A stretch of DNA of 64,000 nucleotides from an uncultured Pseudomonadota bacterium. GTDB taxonomy: Bacteria; Pseudomonadota; Alphaproteobacteria; Rs-D84. Location: assembly GCA_902787305.1 (NCBI GenBank), contig CADAFS010000001.1, forward strand, positions 16,980 to 80,979. Direction: 5' to 3'. The notes beneath the pieces are model-generated. The model was given only the letters and a program-made list of their open reading frames with translations. It searched no databases and had not been told where the DNA came from. Made by a program: the position numbers and the translations under genes. Shown here one piece after another: positions 34,255-44,638 of this stretch (position 1 is the first letter of the stretch; every line of letters starts with the position of its first letter).

Positions 34255-35054
34255 ATGTAGTGCTGATGGGGACGCCCGGTTTTGTTGTGCCGATTTTTGA
34301 TGCGATTGCCGCGCGGCATCATGTGTTGGCGGTCTTTACGCGTGCGCCAAAGCCGGTTGGGCGAAAGCATATTATTACAAAATCGCCGGTGCACGTGTGG
34401 GCGGAATCGCGGGGGCTGCCGGTCTATCATAAACCCGCCGAATATAATTTTACGCCCGATATGGTCTTTGTTGCGGCATATGGTGCGATATTGCGTGATA
34501 ATGTTTTGAATTCGGCGCCGTGTGTAAATTTGCACCCAAGTTTATTGCCACTGTATCGTGGGCCGTCGCCGATTATCACCGCAATTAAAAATGGGGACAC
34601 GGAAAGCGGTGTTTGTTTGATGAAAATGGTGGCGGAACTGGACGCGGGTGATGTTTTAATGTGTCGCAAATTTGAAATCGGTATTGATGACACAACCGAA
34701 TCGGTGGAACAAAAGGTTTCTAAAATCGGCACGGATATGATTTTGGAATATATGGAAAATCCGCAAAAATATCCACCGATTCCGCAAAGTGGAAAAATCG
34801 TCTATACGGCGAAAACCGGCGTATACGACGAAATTATCGATTGGAAGAAATCGCCGATTGAAATACATAATTTGGTCCGTAGCATGGGCGCGGGACGGAC
34901 AAAAATAAACGGAATTGATGTTAAGATTTTAAAGACAAAAATGAACGGTGATAATTTGGAAATTTTAACAATTCAACCCGCGGGTAAAAAACCGATGGAT
35001 TGGAAAAGTTTTGTAAATGGCCTGCATGGGGCGGAAATAAAGTTTGGGGAATAA
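34251..35054 (+). CDS. fmt: Methionyl-tRNA formyltransferase (compact, 267 aa)
   Basis: MGTPGF.., NLHPSLLPLYRGPSPI. It overlaps the def stop by 4 nt. Confidence 0.9.
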   Translation: MNVVLMGTPGFVVPIFDAIAARHHVLAVFTRAPKPVGRKHIITKSPVHVWAESRGLPVYHKPAEYNFTPDMVFVAAYGAILRDNVLNSAPCVNLHPSLLPLYRGPSPIITAIKNGDTESGVCLMKMVAELDAGDVLMCRKFEIGIDDTTESVEQKVSKIGTDMILEYMENPQKYPPIPQSGKIVYTAKTGVYDEIIDWKKSPIEIHNLVRSMGAGRTKINGIDVKILKTKMNGDNLEILTIQPAGKKPMDWKSFVNGLHGAEIKFGE

Positions 35055-35797
35055 TGACGCGATATAAAGTAATCTTGGAATACGATGGAACGAATCTGAT
35101 TGGGTGGCAAGAAAATCGCCAGGGGCCGTCGGTGCAATCGTTGCTAAAAGACGCAATAGAAAAATTCTGTGGTGCGCGACCGGATGTCGTTGGTGCGGGG
35201 CGGACGGATGCGGGGGTGCATGCGATTGCAATGTGTGCACATTTTGATTTGAATTCCGGGGCGGATGCAAATACGGTTATGCGGGCGGTGAATTTTTACC
35301 TGAATGATGCGCCGGTGTCGGTGGTTGATTGCGAAATTGTTCCCGATGATTTTAATGCGCGTTTTTCATGTGTTATGCGGCACTATAAATATATCGTTCT
35401 AAATCGTTCCGCACCGCCGGTGTTGGATAAGAATCGTGCTTGGTGGGTGCCACGGAAATTAAATGTTAAAAAAATGCGTGATGCGGCGCGGACTTTGGTT
35501 GGAAAACATGATTTTACATCGTTTCGTGCGTCGCAGTGCCAGGCGAAAAGCCCGATAAAAACCCTTGATTCTTGCCGTATAGAGAAAAAAGATGATTTAA
35601 TCGTTTTTGATTTTTCGGCGCGTTCATTTTTGCATCACCAGGTTCGAAATATGGTTGGAACATTGGTTGAAATTGGGCTTGGTACACCATATGATATAAA
35701 TGAAATTTTTGCGGCGCGTAATCGTTCGGCGGCGGGGGCAACGGCACCGGCGTGTGGACTTTATTTTATTCAGGCCGATTATGCCACCACCGATTAG
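35054..35797 (+). CDS. truA: tRNA pseudouridine(38-40) synthase TruA
   Basis: YKVILEYDGTNLIGWQ, catalytic GAGRTDAGVHA. TAATG overlap with fmt. Confidence 0.9.
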   Translation: MTRYKVILEYDGTNLIGWQENRQGPSVQSLLKDAIEKFCGARPDVVGAGRTDAGVHAIAMCAHFDLNSGADANTVMRAVNFYLNDAPVSVVDCEIVPDDFNARFSCVMRHYKYIVLNRSAPPVLDKNRAWWVPRKLNVKKMRDAARTLVGKHDFTSFRASQCQAKSPIKTLDSCRIEKKDDLIVFDFSARSFLHHQVRNMVGTLVEIGLGTPYDINEIFAARNRSAAGATAPACGLYFIQADYATTD

Positions 35798-37697
35798 ATG
35801 GAATCTGAATCATTTTCCCAGATTTGTATATAACGCCACCACCATGGATGATTTTGTCCGCACATTTTTCAGATTTTATATCAAAGTTTGATGCGATATA
35901 TTTTATGTGTGGATTATCGCAAAGGTTTGAAAAGTGTTTAGAAAGTGAAACAAAATTTTTGAAATAAACAATGTCAAAATTTTGTTGTAAAATTGTGTAT
36001 ACGCCGGATTCCGCCGTAAAGCGTAAATTTTCTGTGCCGATTTTTTCACCGTTAAATTTCTTCCAATTATCAAAGGCAAAATAATTTCCACTGTCGTGTG
36101 ATTTGTTGAATTGTAATTTACCATCGATTGGTGTGGCGATAAGTTTGTGGTCGTGGCTTATATAAAAAATTGGTTTTTCGGTTGTTGCGCAAATGGTTAT
36201 GCCGGTGCAGATAAATAGAATCGCGCATACTGGTCCAATGTGGCGGGCGAAAAAGTTTTTGAAACTTGTATCATCTTTGATAAATATCAAACACGCTAAA
36301 CCGATGGATATTAGTATAATTGTGCCGTTTGGGATATTCCCAATCGTAATTTCAGAATATGGGATTTGTGATAACTTTTCGGCGATTGAGTATGTACGGT
36401 CATATATTATGTGTGCGATTTCAAGTGGCGTATGTATTCCAACGCATGCGCACATTGTGCCGATGATAACAAGTGGCATTATGATAAAAGAAAAGATTGG
36501 CAGGAATATAATGTTGCCGATAATACCGTAAATCGGTATTGTTCCAAAGTGTAAAATTATAAATGGTGCGGTAAATACCGTTGCCACCAATGCGGTTAAA
36601 ATCGCCGTATAGACATATTTTAATGCTTTTGAATTTGGGGTTCGTGGGTTTATGTTTTGCCACAACCATATGATTCCAAATATCGCGGCAAAAGATAACT
36701 GAAACCCCGCGGTCATTACATAATATGGATTGAATAGCATAATTATAAAAAGTGCAATTGATATAATGCGCAATGATAACGCGTTGCGTCCAAACATAAA
36801 TGCCACCATAACAAGTGTTGCCATGATAAATGCGCGCAGTGTTGCAACGCCGGCGCCGGATATAAAAATATACCCAAGTAAACCAATCCAGGTACATGCA
36901 ATGGCAGGGATACGCGCAGGAATATGACGAACAAGGGGCGGAATTAGTCTGAATATAAAATAAAACAATATGAATAACCAACCACCAATAAGTGTCATAT
37001 GATAACCACTGATTGACCAAATGTGTGCCATGCCATTTGTTGCCCATGTGTCGCGATGCCCATCGGGCAGGGCGTTTTTATAACCCAAAACAAGTGTGTC
37101 TGTTAAAAAAGATTTTGATAACTCGTGTATGGGTTCGCGAACGCTGTATACGGCGGAATCCGGCGTATAGATGATTTTTATGTCGCGTAAATATCCGGTT
37201 GCGGAAAGGTTTTTGAAATACATGTGCCTTGCAAAATCAAATCCATGTGGTATGTCCGCGGGTTTTGGTTTGAACAGGCCGCCGTTGCCGGATATTGTGT
37301 CGCCGATTTTTATATCGATTGTGTCGGTTGTTGATACGCGGACTTTCCCAAAGTTTTCAGTGTGCATGTATATTTTTGTCTTTTCGCCACCGGTATCGAT
37401 TTCGGTTACGTTGCCGGTGATTTCCGTGCCATGTATGTCGTGGCGCAGCATTGGAACATTTTTCATATGTGTGTATATTCCGGCGTATCCAAAACCCAAT
37501 ATAAAACATGCGATGATTGCAAAAAATGGTCGCCGCCGCAGTGCGATTATTGCGGAAACACCGATTATAAACATAATTGCAAGTGTGGTAATCTTTGGTT
37601 CGATGAATAATGAAAAATAAAGTGCAATACCGAACGCCGTCACAATCGGTGACCATAAAAATAAATTTTCGTGTTGATTATACAGAAATTTTTTCAT
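35766..37697 (-). CDS. comEC: ComEC/Rec2-family DNA internalisation channel protein
   Basis: 643 aa, polytopic. It has the DUF4131-like N-terminus and the competence-domain TM bundle. It lacks an obvious C-terminal metallo-beta-lactamase domain. Confidence 0.75.
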   Translation of the reverse strand: MKKFLYNQHENLFLWSPIVTAFGIALYFSLFIEPKITTLAIMFIIGVSAIIALRRRPFFAIIACFILGFGYAGIYTHMKNVPMLRHDIHGTEITGNVTEIDTGGEKTKIYMHTENFGKVRVSTTDTIDIKIGDTISGNGGLFKPKPADIPHGFDFARHMYFKNLSATGYLRDIKIIYTPDSAVYSVREPIHELSKSFLTDTLVLGYKNALPDGHRDTWATNGMAHIWSISGYHMTLIGGWLFILFYFIFRLIPPLVRHIPARIPAIACTWIGLLGYIFISGAGVATLRAFIMATLVMVAFMFGRNALSLRIISIALFIIMLFNPYYVMTAGFQLSFAAIFGIIWLWQNINPRTPNSKALKYVYTAILTALVATVFTAPFIILHFGTIPIYGIIGNIIFLPIFSFIIMPLVIIGTMCACVGIHTPLEIAHIIYDRTYSIAEKLSQIPYSEITIGNIPNGTIILISIGLACLIFIKDDTSFKNFFARHIGPVCAILFICTGITICATTEKPIFYISHDHKLIATPIDGKLQFNKSHDSGNYFAFDNWKKFNGEKIGTENLRFTAESGVYTILQQNFDIVYFKNFVSLSKHFSNLCDNPHIKYIASNFDIKSEKCADKIIHGGGVIYKSGKMIQIPSNRWWHNRPE

Positions 37698-37721
37698 GGG
37701 GCATATTATAGGATTTTATTA

Positions 37722-37751
37722 TTGATTGGCAACCATGATTTTTTGTAGAAT
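37722..37751 (+). promoter_or_regulatory. Candidate promoter for pyrG
   Basis: TTGATT-N18-TAGAAT. Confidence 0.35.
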
Positions 37752-37776
37752 TTTTACACATAAGGAGAAAAAACTT

Positions 37777-39345
37777 ATGTCGAAATATATATTTGTGACC
37801 GGTGGGGTTGTTTCAAGTTTAGGCAAGGGCGTTTCGGCGGCATCGTTGGGCGCCCTTTTACAATCCCGTGGGTACAGCGTTCATGTGCGCAAATTTGACC
37901 CATATTTGAATGTGGACCCAGGGACAATGTCGCCGTTACAACATGGCGAAGTATATGTCACCAATGACGGGTTCGAAACAGATTTGGACCTTGGGTATTA
38001 TGAACGATTTTTGGGTATAAAACTGTCCAAAAACGATTCGGTGTCGGGCGGTCGTATTTATTGGGAGGTATTAAATGCCGAACGGCGTGGCGATTATTTG
38101 GGTGCAACGGTGCAAATGATTCCACATGTCACGAACAAGATAAAAGAACATATCGGGGTGCCAACGGATACTGATTTTGTTATTTGTGAAATCGGTGGCA
38201 CGGTCGGTGATATTGAAGGCAAAGTTTTTCTTGAATCGATTCGACAATTTGCAAACGAGGTGGGTCGCCGAAATGTTATGTTCGCGCATTTAACACTTGC
38301 GCCATATTTGGAACAAAGCGGTGAATTGAAAACCAAGCCGACCCAGATGTCGGTGCGGCGGTTGCTTGAAAACGGGATTCAGGCGGATGTTTTGTTCGTG
38401 CGGTCGCCGCGTATGCTGACCGCGGATGAACGCGCAAAGATTGGTATGTTCTGTAATTTGCCGGCGAAAAACGTTATTACCAGTATGGATGTTGATAATA
38501 TATACAAGATTCCGTTGGTTTATGACGGACAAGATGTTTTCAATATAATGGCGCAACACTTTGGTTTGCCAGAGGCCGCCGGTGATATGTCGAAAATTAA
38601 AAAAATAGAACAGTATTTGAATGCGGATTTACCGGTATGCACAATCGGGATGGTTGGAAAATACTTTGATGTGGCGGATGCGTATAAATCACTGAACGAG
38701 GCATTGTTTCATGCGGGAATTCAAAACAATGTGCGCGTAAAAATAAAAAAGATAGATGCGGAAAATTTTTCAGACACAGATTGCGCGGATGTTGATGCGA
38801 TTCTTGTGCCCGGTGGTTTTGGGGTGCGTGGGGTCGAAGGCAAAATTGCCGCGGCAAAATATGCCCGTGAAAATAATGTGCCGTATATGGGTATTTGTTT
38901 GGGAATGCAGGTCGCCGTCATAGAATTTATGCGAAATGTTGTTGGGGACGAACGCGCAAATTCTACGGAATTTACAAAAAATTGCACGCCGGTCATAGAT
39001 ATTATGCGCGATTGCGATGCGGAAAATATGGGTGGAACTTTGCGTTTGGGTGCGTACCCGTGTGAGATTAAATCCGGGACAATGGCGGAAAAAATCTATG
39101 GTTCGAATCATATTTCCGAACGGCACAGGCATAGGTATGAAGTGAACATTGAATATAAAGATGTGTTGGAAAAAAACGGTATGATAATTTCGGGTATGTC
39201 GCCGGACGGTAAATTGCCGGAAATGATAGAGATACCGTCGCACAGGTTCTTTGTTGCGGGGCAGTTCCATCCGGAATTTCAGAGTAATCCATTTACCGGA
39301 CATCCGTTGTTCAATGCCTTTGTTGCCGCGGCAAAAGACAAGTAA
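37777..39345 (+). CDS. pyrG: CTP synthase
   Basis: MSKYIFVTGGVVSSLGKG, and the glutamine amidotransferase motifs GICLGMQ and HRHRYEVN. RBS TAAGGAG. Confidence 0.95.
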   Translation: MSKYIFVTGGVVSSLGKGVSAASLGALLQSRGYSVHVRKFDPYLNVDPGTMSPLQHGEVYVTNDGFETDLDLGYYERFLGIKLSKNDSVSGGRIYWEVLNAERRGDYLGATVQMIPHVTNKIKEHIGVPTDTDFVICEIGGTVGDIEGKVFLESIRQFANEVGRRNVMFAHLTLAPYLEQSGELKTKPTQMSVRRLLENGIQADVLFVRSPRMLTADERAKIGMFCNLPAKNVITSMDVDNIYKIPLVYDGQDVFNIMAQHFGLPEAAGDMSKIKKIEQYLNADLPVCTIGMVGKYFDVADAYKSLNEALFHAGIQNNVRVKIKKIDAENFSDTDCADVDAILVPGGFGVRGVEGKIAAAKYARENNVPYMGICLGMQVAVIEFMRNVVGDERANSTEFTKNCTPVIDIMRDCDAENMGGTLRLGAYPCEIKSGTMAEKIYGSNHISERHRHRYEVNIEYKDVLEKNGMIISGMSPDGKLPEMIEIPSHRFFVAGQFHPEFQSNPFTGHPLFNAFVAAAKDK

Positions 39346-39672
39346 TTATTTACCAAAAATAAAATCCGAATTCGATGATATTTTGATGATTTCGTCAATG
39401 TCATCGTTTTCGGCGCTGTGTTGCCGAATTGTTTTTCCGCACTTTTGACATTTGTGTGTGATAATGTATCCACCCCTGTCGGGTTCGGCGGAAATTGGTT
39501 CCATCATACCGCCACATATCGCGGCGCGGTCGCCGGGGTTATTATCAACATGGCGCGACCACAAACATTTTGGGCAATGGTTTGTGTATCCATTGCCCAC
39601 GACGGTTGCCCCACAATGGGCGCAAACAAAATCTTCAACGGTTTTTGTGAATTTTTTCATTTGTAAAATCAC
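39346..39672 (-). CDS. RNHCP domain-containing protein
   Basis: CAHCGATVVGNGYTNHCPKCLWSRHVD...ICGGMMEP...HKCQKCG. Confidence 0.8.
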   Translation of the reverse strand: MILQMKKFTKTVEDFVCAHCGATVVGNGYTNHCPKCLWSRHVDNNPGDRAAICGGMMEPISAEPDRGGYIITHKCQKCGKTIRQHSAENDDIDEIIKISSNSDFIFGK

Positions 39673-39917
39673 AGCCCAAGTGCATTGCGATACATCTTGG
39701 TCAATTCGTCGGTTTCGTCTAATTCGTCCGGGTCCATTTTACGCAGACGAATCATTTGCCGAATGTATTTCGGGTCGTATCCGGCGGATTTTGCCTCTGT
39801 GAAAATTTCTTTGATATCCGCAGCAATGGCCGCACTATCTTCGTTTAATTTTTCGATTCGTTCGATGATACCAAGCAATTGTTGGTTATCAAAACTTCCG
39901 TGGTTTGCATTTTTCAT
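39669..39917 (-). CDS. gapR: GapR-like nucleoid-associated protein (DUF2312/UPF0335)
   Basis: LLGIIERIEKLNEDSAAIAADIKEIFTEAKSAGYDPKYIRQMIRLRKMDPDELDE. This is an alphaproteobacterial hallmark family. Confidence 0.85.
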   Translation of the reverse strand: MKNANHGSFDNQQLLGIIERIEKLNEDSAAIAADIKEIFTEAKSAGYDPKYIRQMIRLRKMDPDELDETDELTKMYRNALGL

Positions 39918-39996
39918 TGATGTTTTCCCCTTGTTAAAGTGACCTTTTTATGATATACAATAAAACATAAAAATCAACCAGAGAGATTGCAAAATT

Positions 39997-41370
39997 ATGA
40001 CAAGATTTACAAAAATAACTGCTTCCATTGGTCCAAGTTGCGAAAGTCCGGCCGTTTTGCGAAAAATGATTTTGGCGGGCGTAAATGTGTGCCGTATGAA
40101 TTTTAGTCATGATACCGGCGATGCCCAAGGTAAAAAGATTGATGCGATTCGTAAAATATCGGCGGAATTAAATATGCCCGTGGGGGTGTTGGTTGACCTG
40201 CAGGGGCCAAAGCATCGAATCGGAAATTTCAAAACCGAAGAAAAATATCCAATTTCGGTTGGACAAACATTTGTTTTTGATTCGAATCCTGCGCCGGGCG
40301 ATTCGCGGCGCGTGCAATTGCCGGACGCGGATGTTATGCGTTCGTTGCATGTCGGTGAAAGAATTTTGCTAAATGATGGAAAAATTGAAATGCAGGTGAC
40401 CGAGGTATTGCCCGATTCGGTTAAAACCAAGGTGATTCGCGGAACGGAAATTTGGTCGCGACGTGGATTTAATTTGCCGGATACAATTGTTGATACATCG
40501 GTTTTGACCGAAAAGGACAGGGCGGATTTGGAATATGCTTTACCCAAAAATCCGGATTGGGTGGCGGTTTCTTTTGTGCAACGGCCCGAAGATATTGCCG
40601 AAGTTCGTGATTTTATTACCGCACATACGGCGCGCCCAGTAAAAATAATGGCAAAGATAGAACGCAAAAGTGCGGTTGAACAAATTGATGAAATTGCGCG
40701 CGCGGCGGACGGAATTATGATTGCGCGTGGGGATATGGCGGTTGAATTGCCTTTTGAACAAGTGCCGGCGATTTCACGACATATTATACGTGAATGTCGG
40801 CGATTAAATCGACCGGTTGTTATGGCAACGCAAATGCTGGGGTCGATGGTGGAAAGTGAATTTCCAACGCGTGCGGAAATAAGTGATGTTGCAAATGCGG
40901 CGTATCTGCGCGTGGATTCGACAATGACATCCGAAGAAACAACGATTGGCGCGAATCCGTTAAATGTTATCGAAACAATGGCCAAGATTTTGAATTATTC
41001 GGATGATGATGCGATGGCGAATCCAAGTGATTGGGTGCGCGCGGAAAGTTCGGCCGAGGATAATGATTGGTCGCGTTCGGTGTCGTCAATGGCGTACCTT
41101 AATAAAGCAAGTGCGATAATTGTTTTTGCGCGTGACACCGAATCGGTAATAAAGATTTCTTGTCGGCGGCCGGATACAAAAGTTATTGCCGTGTGCGATG
41201 GTGAAATTGTTGCGAATCAACTTTGTTTGGTGCGTGGTGTGTTTCCGGTCTATACGCCGGATTTGTTCGCACAGCGTGATTTTGTTGCCGTTGCACATGA
41301 TGCCAACATTATGCATGGAAATATCGTCATTGTTGACGGTGAAAATGTAAGTTTACAAAATCTTGATTAA
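39997..41370 (+). CDS. pyk: Pyruvate kinase
   Basis: TKITASIGPS...AGVNVCRMNFSH, MAKIERKSAV, IMIARGDMAVE. Confidence 0.95.
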   Translation: MTRFTKITASIGPSCESPAVLRKMILAGVNVCRMNFSHDTGDAQGKKIDAIRKISAELNMPVGVLVDLQGPKHRIGNFKTEEKYPISVGQTFVFDSNPAPGDSRRVQLPDADVMRSLHVGERILLNDGKIEMQVTEVLPDSVKTKVIRGTEIWSRRGFNLPDTIVDTSVLTEKDRADLEYALPKNPDWVAVSFVQRPEDIAEVRDFITAHTARPVKIMAKIERKSAVEQIDEIARAADGIMIARGDMAVELPFEQVPAISRHIIRECRRLNRPVVMATQMLGSMVESEFPTRAEISDVANAAYLRVDSTMTSEETTIGANPLNVIETMAKILNYSDDDAMANPSDWVRAESSAEDNDWSRSVSSMAYLNKASAIIVFARDTESVIKISCRRPDTKVIAVCDGEIVANQLCLVRGVFPVYTPDLFAQRDFVAVAHDANIMHGNIVIVDGENVSLQNLD

Positions 41371-41373
41371 GTT

Positions 41374-41631
41374 TTATTGTTCGATTGGCGGAAAGCAATC
41401 GCCACCAGAATCCGGACAGCAATTCCACCCAAGTTCACCCATGTCTGTATATGTTTCGCCCGGGCAACAACCGTTTTTATCGGGTGCCATGTCATCTTTG
41501 CATACAAGCTTTTCCGAATAGTGCAGATTGAAAACATCATGATTCATAATGTAAACGGTTGCGAACGCGGTTGCAACACATGTTATTATGCATGCAATTA
41601 TGATTTTATATTTCGTTTTCATTGTCGGCAC
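41374..41631 (-). CDS. Small membrane-anchored protein with the same 6-Cys C-terminal motif as 10321-11031
   Basis: 85 aa. TM segment IIIACIITCVATAFATVYI. C-terminus VCKDDMAPDKNGCCPGETYTDMGELGWNCCPDSGGDCF. Confidence 0.55.
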   Translation of the reverse strand: MPTMKTKYKIIIACIITCVATAFATVYIMNHDVFNLHYSEKLVCKDDMAPDKNGCCPGETYTDMGELGWNCCPDSGGDCFPPIEQ

Positions 41632-41637
41632 CGTTTG

Positions 41638-43242
41638 TTATTCTGTAATTTCAACCGAATCGATATATGTACGACTTATGTTATCCAGTGGCACAGGTTG
41701 ATAATCTTCGGATGTTATGGATTCGGAATCGTTTATTGGCAATATGGTTGAAGTATGGAATATTGGTTCATTGTTTTTAGACGACGAATGATTTATGCCA
41801 TATGTTTTCGCACTATATTTTCCACGAAAACGTTCGGGTATTTTTATATAGTCCAACGGATTTACACCGTCCGAATCCAAAGGTTCGCTTTCCGCCGCGG
41901 ACATATATGTCCCCCCGGTTCGATATATTGGAACGGTAAATGCCGCGGGTTCGGTGCGGGCAATAGATGTTGTTCCGTCACCATTAAGGCGCATAATGCG
42001 CAGTGCGCGTTCATTTGTGCCGTCGGTATGTAACCGGAACAGGCCGTTTATGCCGGTATAACCACTGGGGTTCATTAAATGTGCGTGAATATCGTCGTGC
42101 GAATATAATGTGCCAATGGCAAGCAATGTCGATTCATACCCAATTGTTGACATACGTGTTGGATATGTTCCGGTTGCAAGTGAATATGTGTTCCTGAAAT
42201 TTTCCGGGATATCCGGTAATGTGGCGTACACGGCGCCAGTCATTGTTAAATCGGATGCGATATCGCTATCTTCCCAAAGTGGTGTGCCATAAAACTTTGC
42301 AGCCCGTGCATCAACCCCATAATATCGCAAGAACGATGCCACGGACTTTGTATCGTTTCCATCACCAAGGAATAAAATCGAATCGTATGGTAAATCGCCC
42401 AATGTGTCGAATCTGTTTAGGTTTTCAAGTTGGCGCGATAATGAATATTTTTCCGAACGACTTAAACTTTCATGATTTATTATCGCGGATAAAATTTCTT
42501 TGGCGCGCGTGTTTGCCGCATTGCGTGCGTTATACATAGATGCCGCAAGGGCGGCCGATTTTATCGAATCGGTATCACGTTCGTTGTAATAGAATATTCC
42601 GACATTACCGATGTTATAAGTGTCGGCAATTGCGTTTGCCGCGCCCGCCATAACCGGCCCAGATGTGTTGTTTGGTGCAATTACAATAAAGTTCTTTGCC
42701 CCGTTTGCAGACATTTCGGCAATTGCAGATTCAACGACGTTCATTGGCATAACCGCCATACTGATAACGCCGTCACCAATCGCGGATACATCGGATGTTA
42801 GTGACAGTGCCGGTATCGCAGATGGTTTTTTATCACGCAAAATGCGTGCATTGTCGGCAAACACCGGTCCAATTATTATTTCCGGGTTTGATGCCAATGC
42901 GCGTTCGATTGTTTCGCCCGTGTCACCGGTTCCAGTATCAAAAAATCTTACCTGTAATCCATCGGGGGCAAATTGCATGGTTGCGGCCTCAACGCCTAAC
43001 CGAATCGATTTGCCGATTTTTGCGTTTGCGCCACTTGTTGGAATTAGCACCGCGATACTATGCGATGCGTCGGGTGCAGAACCGTACATCCCAAGTGAAT
43101 ATGTTCCATATTGCAACTGGGTCGGTGCGGTGATTGGCACATCGGTGTATTCCGAACGCCACGCAGAACCCTTGTTGCCATGACACGATGAAAGCAACAC
43201 CGCAATACAAGTTAAACCAAAAATCTGTTTTATAATATGCAT
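41638..43242 (-). CDS. Penicillin-binding protein activator LpoA-like lipoprotein (type-1 periplasmic-binding fold)
   Basis: Lipobox IAVLLSSC. PBP1-like IAVLIPTSGANAKIGKSIRLGVEAA. It is divergent from rsmI, as lpoA/yraM is in other proteobacteria. Confidence 0.6.
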   Translation of the reverse strand: MHIIKQIFGLTCIAVLLSSCHGNKGSAWRSEYTDVPITAPTQLQYGTYSLGMYGSAPDASHSIAVLIPTSGANAKIGKSIRLGVEAATMQFAPDGLQVRFFDTGTGDTGETIERALASNPEIIIGPVFADNARILRDKKPSAIPALSLTSDVSAIGDGVISMAVMPMNVVESAIAEMSANGAKNFIVIAPNNTSGPVMAGAANAIADTYNIGNVGIFYYNERDTDSIKSAALAASMYNARNAANTRAKEILSAIINHESLSRSEKYSLSRQLENLNRFDTLGDLPYDSILFLGDGNDTKSVASFLRYYGVDARAAKFYGTPLWEDSDIASDLTMTGAVYATLPDIPENFRNTYSLATGTYPTRMSTIGYESTLLAIGTLYSHDDIHAHLMNPSGYTGINGLFRLHTDGTNERALRIMRLNGDGTTSIARTEPAAFTVPIYRTGGTYMSAAESEPLDSDGVNPLDYIKIPERFRGKYSAKTYGINHSSSKNNEPIFHTSTILPINDSESITSEDYQPVPLDNISRTYIDSVEITE

Positions 43243-43290
43243 TGAAATATCCATTTTATTCTGTATCATTTTACTACAAAGGATTCATAA

Positions 43291-44079
43291 ATGCAAACGG
43301 GGCTTTATATTGTTGGTACACCTATTGGAAATCTGGGCGATATGTCGCCGCGGGCGGTGGATGTTTTGAAAAATGTCGATTTAATTGCCGCCGAAGATAC
43401 ACGGGTTTTTGCCAAAATTGCGTCACATTTTGATATAAAAACGCGGCGCGTGTCGTGCCATGAACATAATGAACGCGATGTTATTGGCGGATTGATAGAA
43501 AAAATTATGGGTGGCGAATCGGTTGCGGTTGTGACCGATGCGGGTATGCCGGGTATCAGTGACCCGGGATACCGAATCGTGCGTGCGGCGCGTGACGCGG
43601 GTGTGCCGGTGTATGTTGTGCCGGGGCCGACGGCGGTTATATCTGCGTTGGTGCTGTCGGGGTTTCCGACCGACCGATTTACATTTTGTGGGTTCTTTGA
43701 TGAAAAGAAATTGCGCGATGATAATAAAATTCGGCATACAATAGTTTACTATGAAAGTCCGAATCGGATTATGAATACAATCGATGCGATTGCGCGGGTT
43801 ATGCCGGAACGGCAAATCGCAATTGTGCGCGAAATAACGAAAATTCATGAACAGGCGATAATCGGGTATCCGGCGGAACTAAAAAATATCGAACCGCCAC
43901 GTGGGGAAATTGTTATTGTGGTTGCGCCGGCACCGGAACACAAAATGTCTGATGCGGAAATATCGGAAATCGTGAACGATGTTGTTGCAAATTCAACCAA
44001 GGCCGCGGCAAGCGATTTGGCGGCGCGTGCGGGAATTTCAAAGAAGGAAGCGTATAGGCGTTTGATTAAAAAGGATTAA
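43291..44079 (+). CDS. rsmI: 16S rRNA (cytidine1402-2'-O)-methyltransferase RsmI
   Basis: LYIVGTPIGNLGDMSPRAVDVLKNVDLIAAEDTR, VTDAGMPGISDPG. Confidence 0.9.
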   Translation: MQTGLYIVGTPIGNLGDMSPRAVDVLKNVDLIAAEDTRVFAKIASHFDIKTRRVSCHEHNERDVIGGLIEKIMGGESVAVVTDAGMPGISDPGYRIVRAARDAGVPVYVVPGPTAVISALVLSGFPTDRFTFCGFFDEKKLRDDNKIRHTIVYYESPNRIMNTIDAIARVMPERQIAIVREITKIHEQAIIGYPAELKNIEPPRGEIVIVVAPAPEHKMSDAEISEIVNDVVANSTKAAASDLAARAGISKKEAYRRLIKKD

Positions 44080-44083
44080 ACAC

Positions 44084-44638
44084 ATGATAAAATTTGTCGG
44101 TGGTTTTGAAAATGTATGCGATTTGCCACAAACGCAATTCCCGGAATATGCGTTTGCGGGACGCAGTAATGTTGGAAAGTCATCACTGATAAACGCGGTG
44201 CTTGGTGAAAATGTTGCGCGAACATCGAATACGCCGGGGCGGACACAAACACTGAATATGTTTAATGTGAATGACAAAATAATAATTCTTGATTTGCCGG
44301 GGTATGGATATGCACGTGTGTCGCGGGCGGATGCGGCGCGGTGGATGATGCGATTCCAAGAATATATTATGACGCGGCGACAATTAAAGCGTTTGTTTAT
44401 CCTGGTTGATTCACGTATTGGGGTGCGTCCGTCGGATACGGAACTTATGGAATTTTGTGATGCGAACGGGATATCCTATCAAATCGTTTATACGAAAAAG
44501 GATAAACGGGTCCGTGAAAAAGACCAGGTCACAATTTGCGCAGACGAACATCCGGCGATGGTTGATGATATTGTTGAAACATCCGCCGAAAAAAAATATG
44601 GTATTGATAACCTAAGGGCGATAATTGGTATCAAATAA
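44084..44638 (+). CDS. engB: Ribosome biogenesis GTP-binding protein EngB/YihA
   Basis: G1 GRSNVGKSSLIN, G3 DLPGYGYA, G4 TKKD. Confidence 0.9.
   Translation: MIKFVGGFENVCDLPQTQFPEYAFAGRSNVGKSSLINAVLGENVARTSNTPGRTQTLNMFNVNDKIIILDLPGYGYARVSRADAARWMMRFQEYIMTRRQLKRLFILVDSRIGVRPSDTELMEFCDANGISYQIVYTKKDKRVREKDQVTICADEHPAMVDDIVETSAEKKYGIDNLRAIIGIK

Noticed and set aside
40107-40985. 292-aa ORF antisense to pyruvate kinase
   Set aside because: It lies opposite a strongly conserved gene and has low-complexity Ser/Ile/Ala-rich composition with no RBS. The same reasoning applies to the long antisense ORFs at 7087-7845 (lolC), 18207-18926 and 20364-21179 (RND pump), 36421-37047 (comEC), 38770-39303 (pyrG), 42620-43183 (lpoA-like), 51110-51691 (ruvA), 51931-52464 (yebC), 58065-58670 and 59163-59699 (glycosyltransferases).
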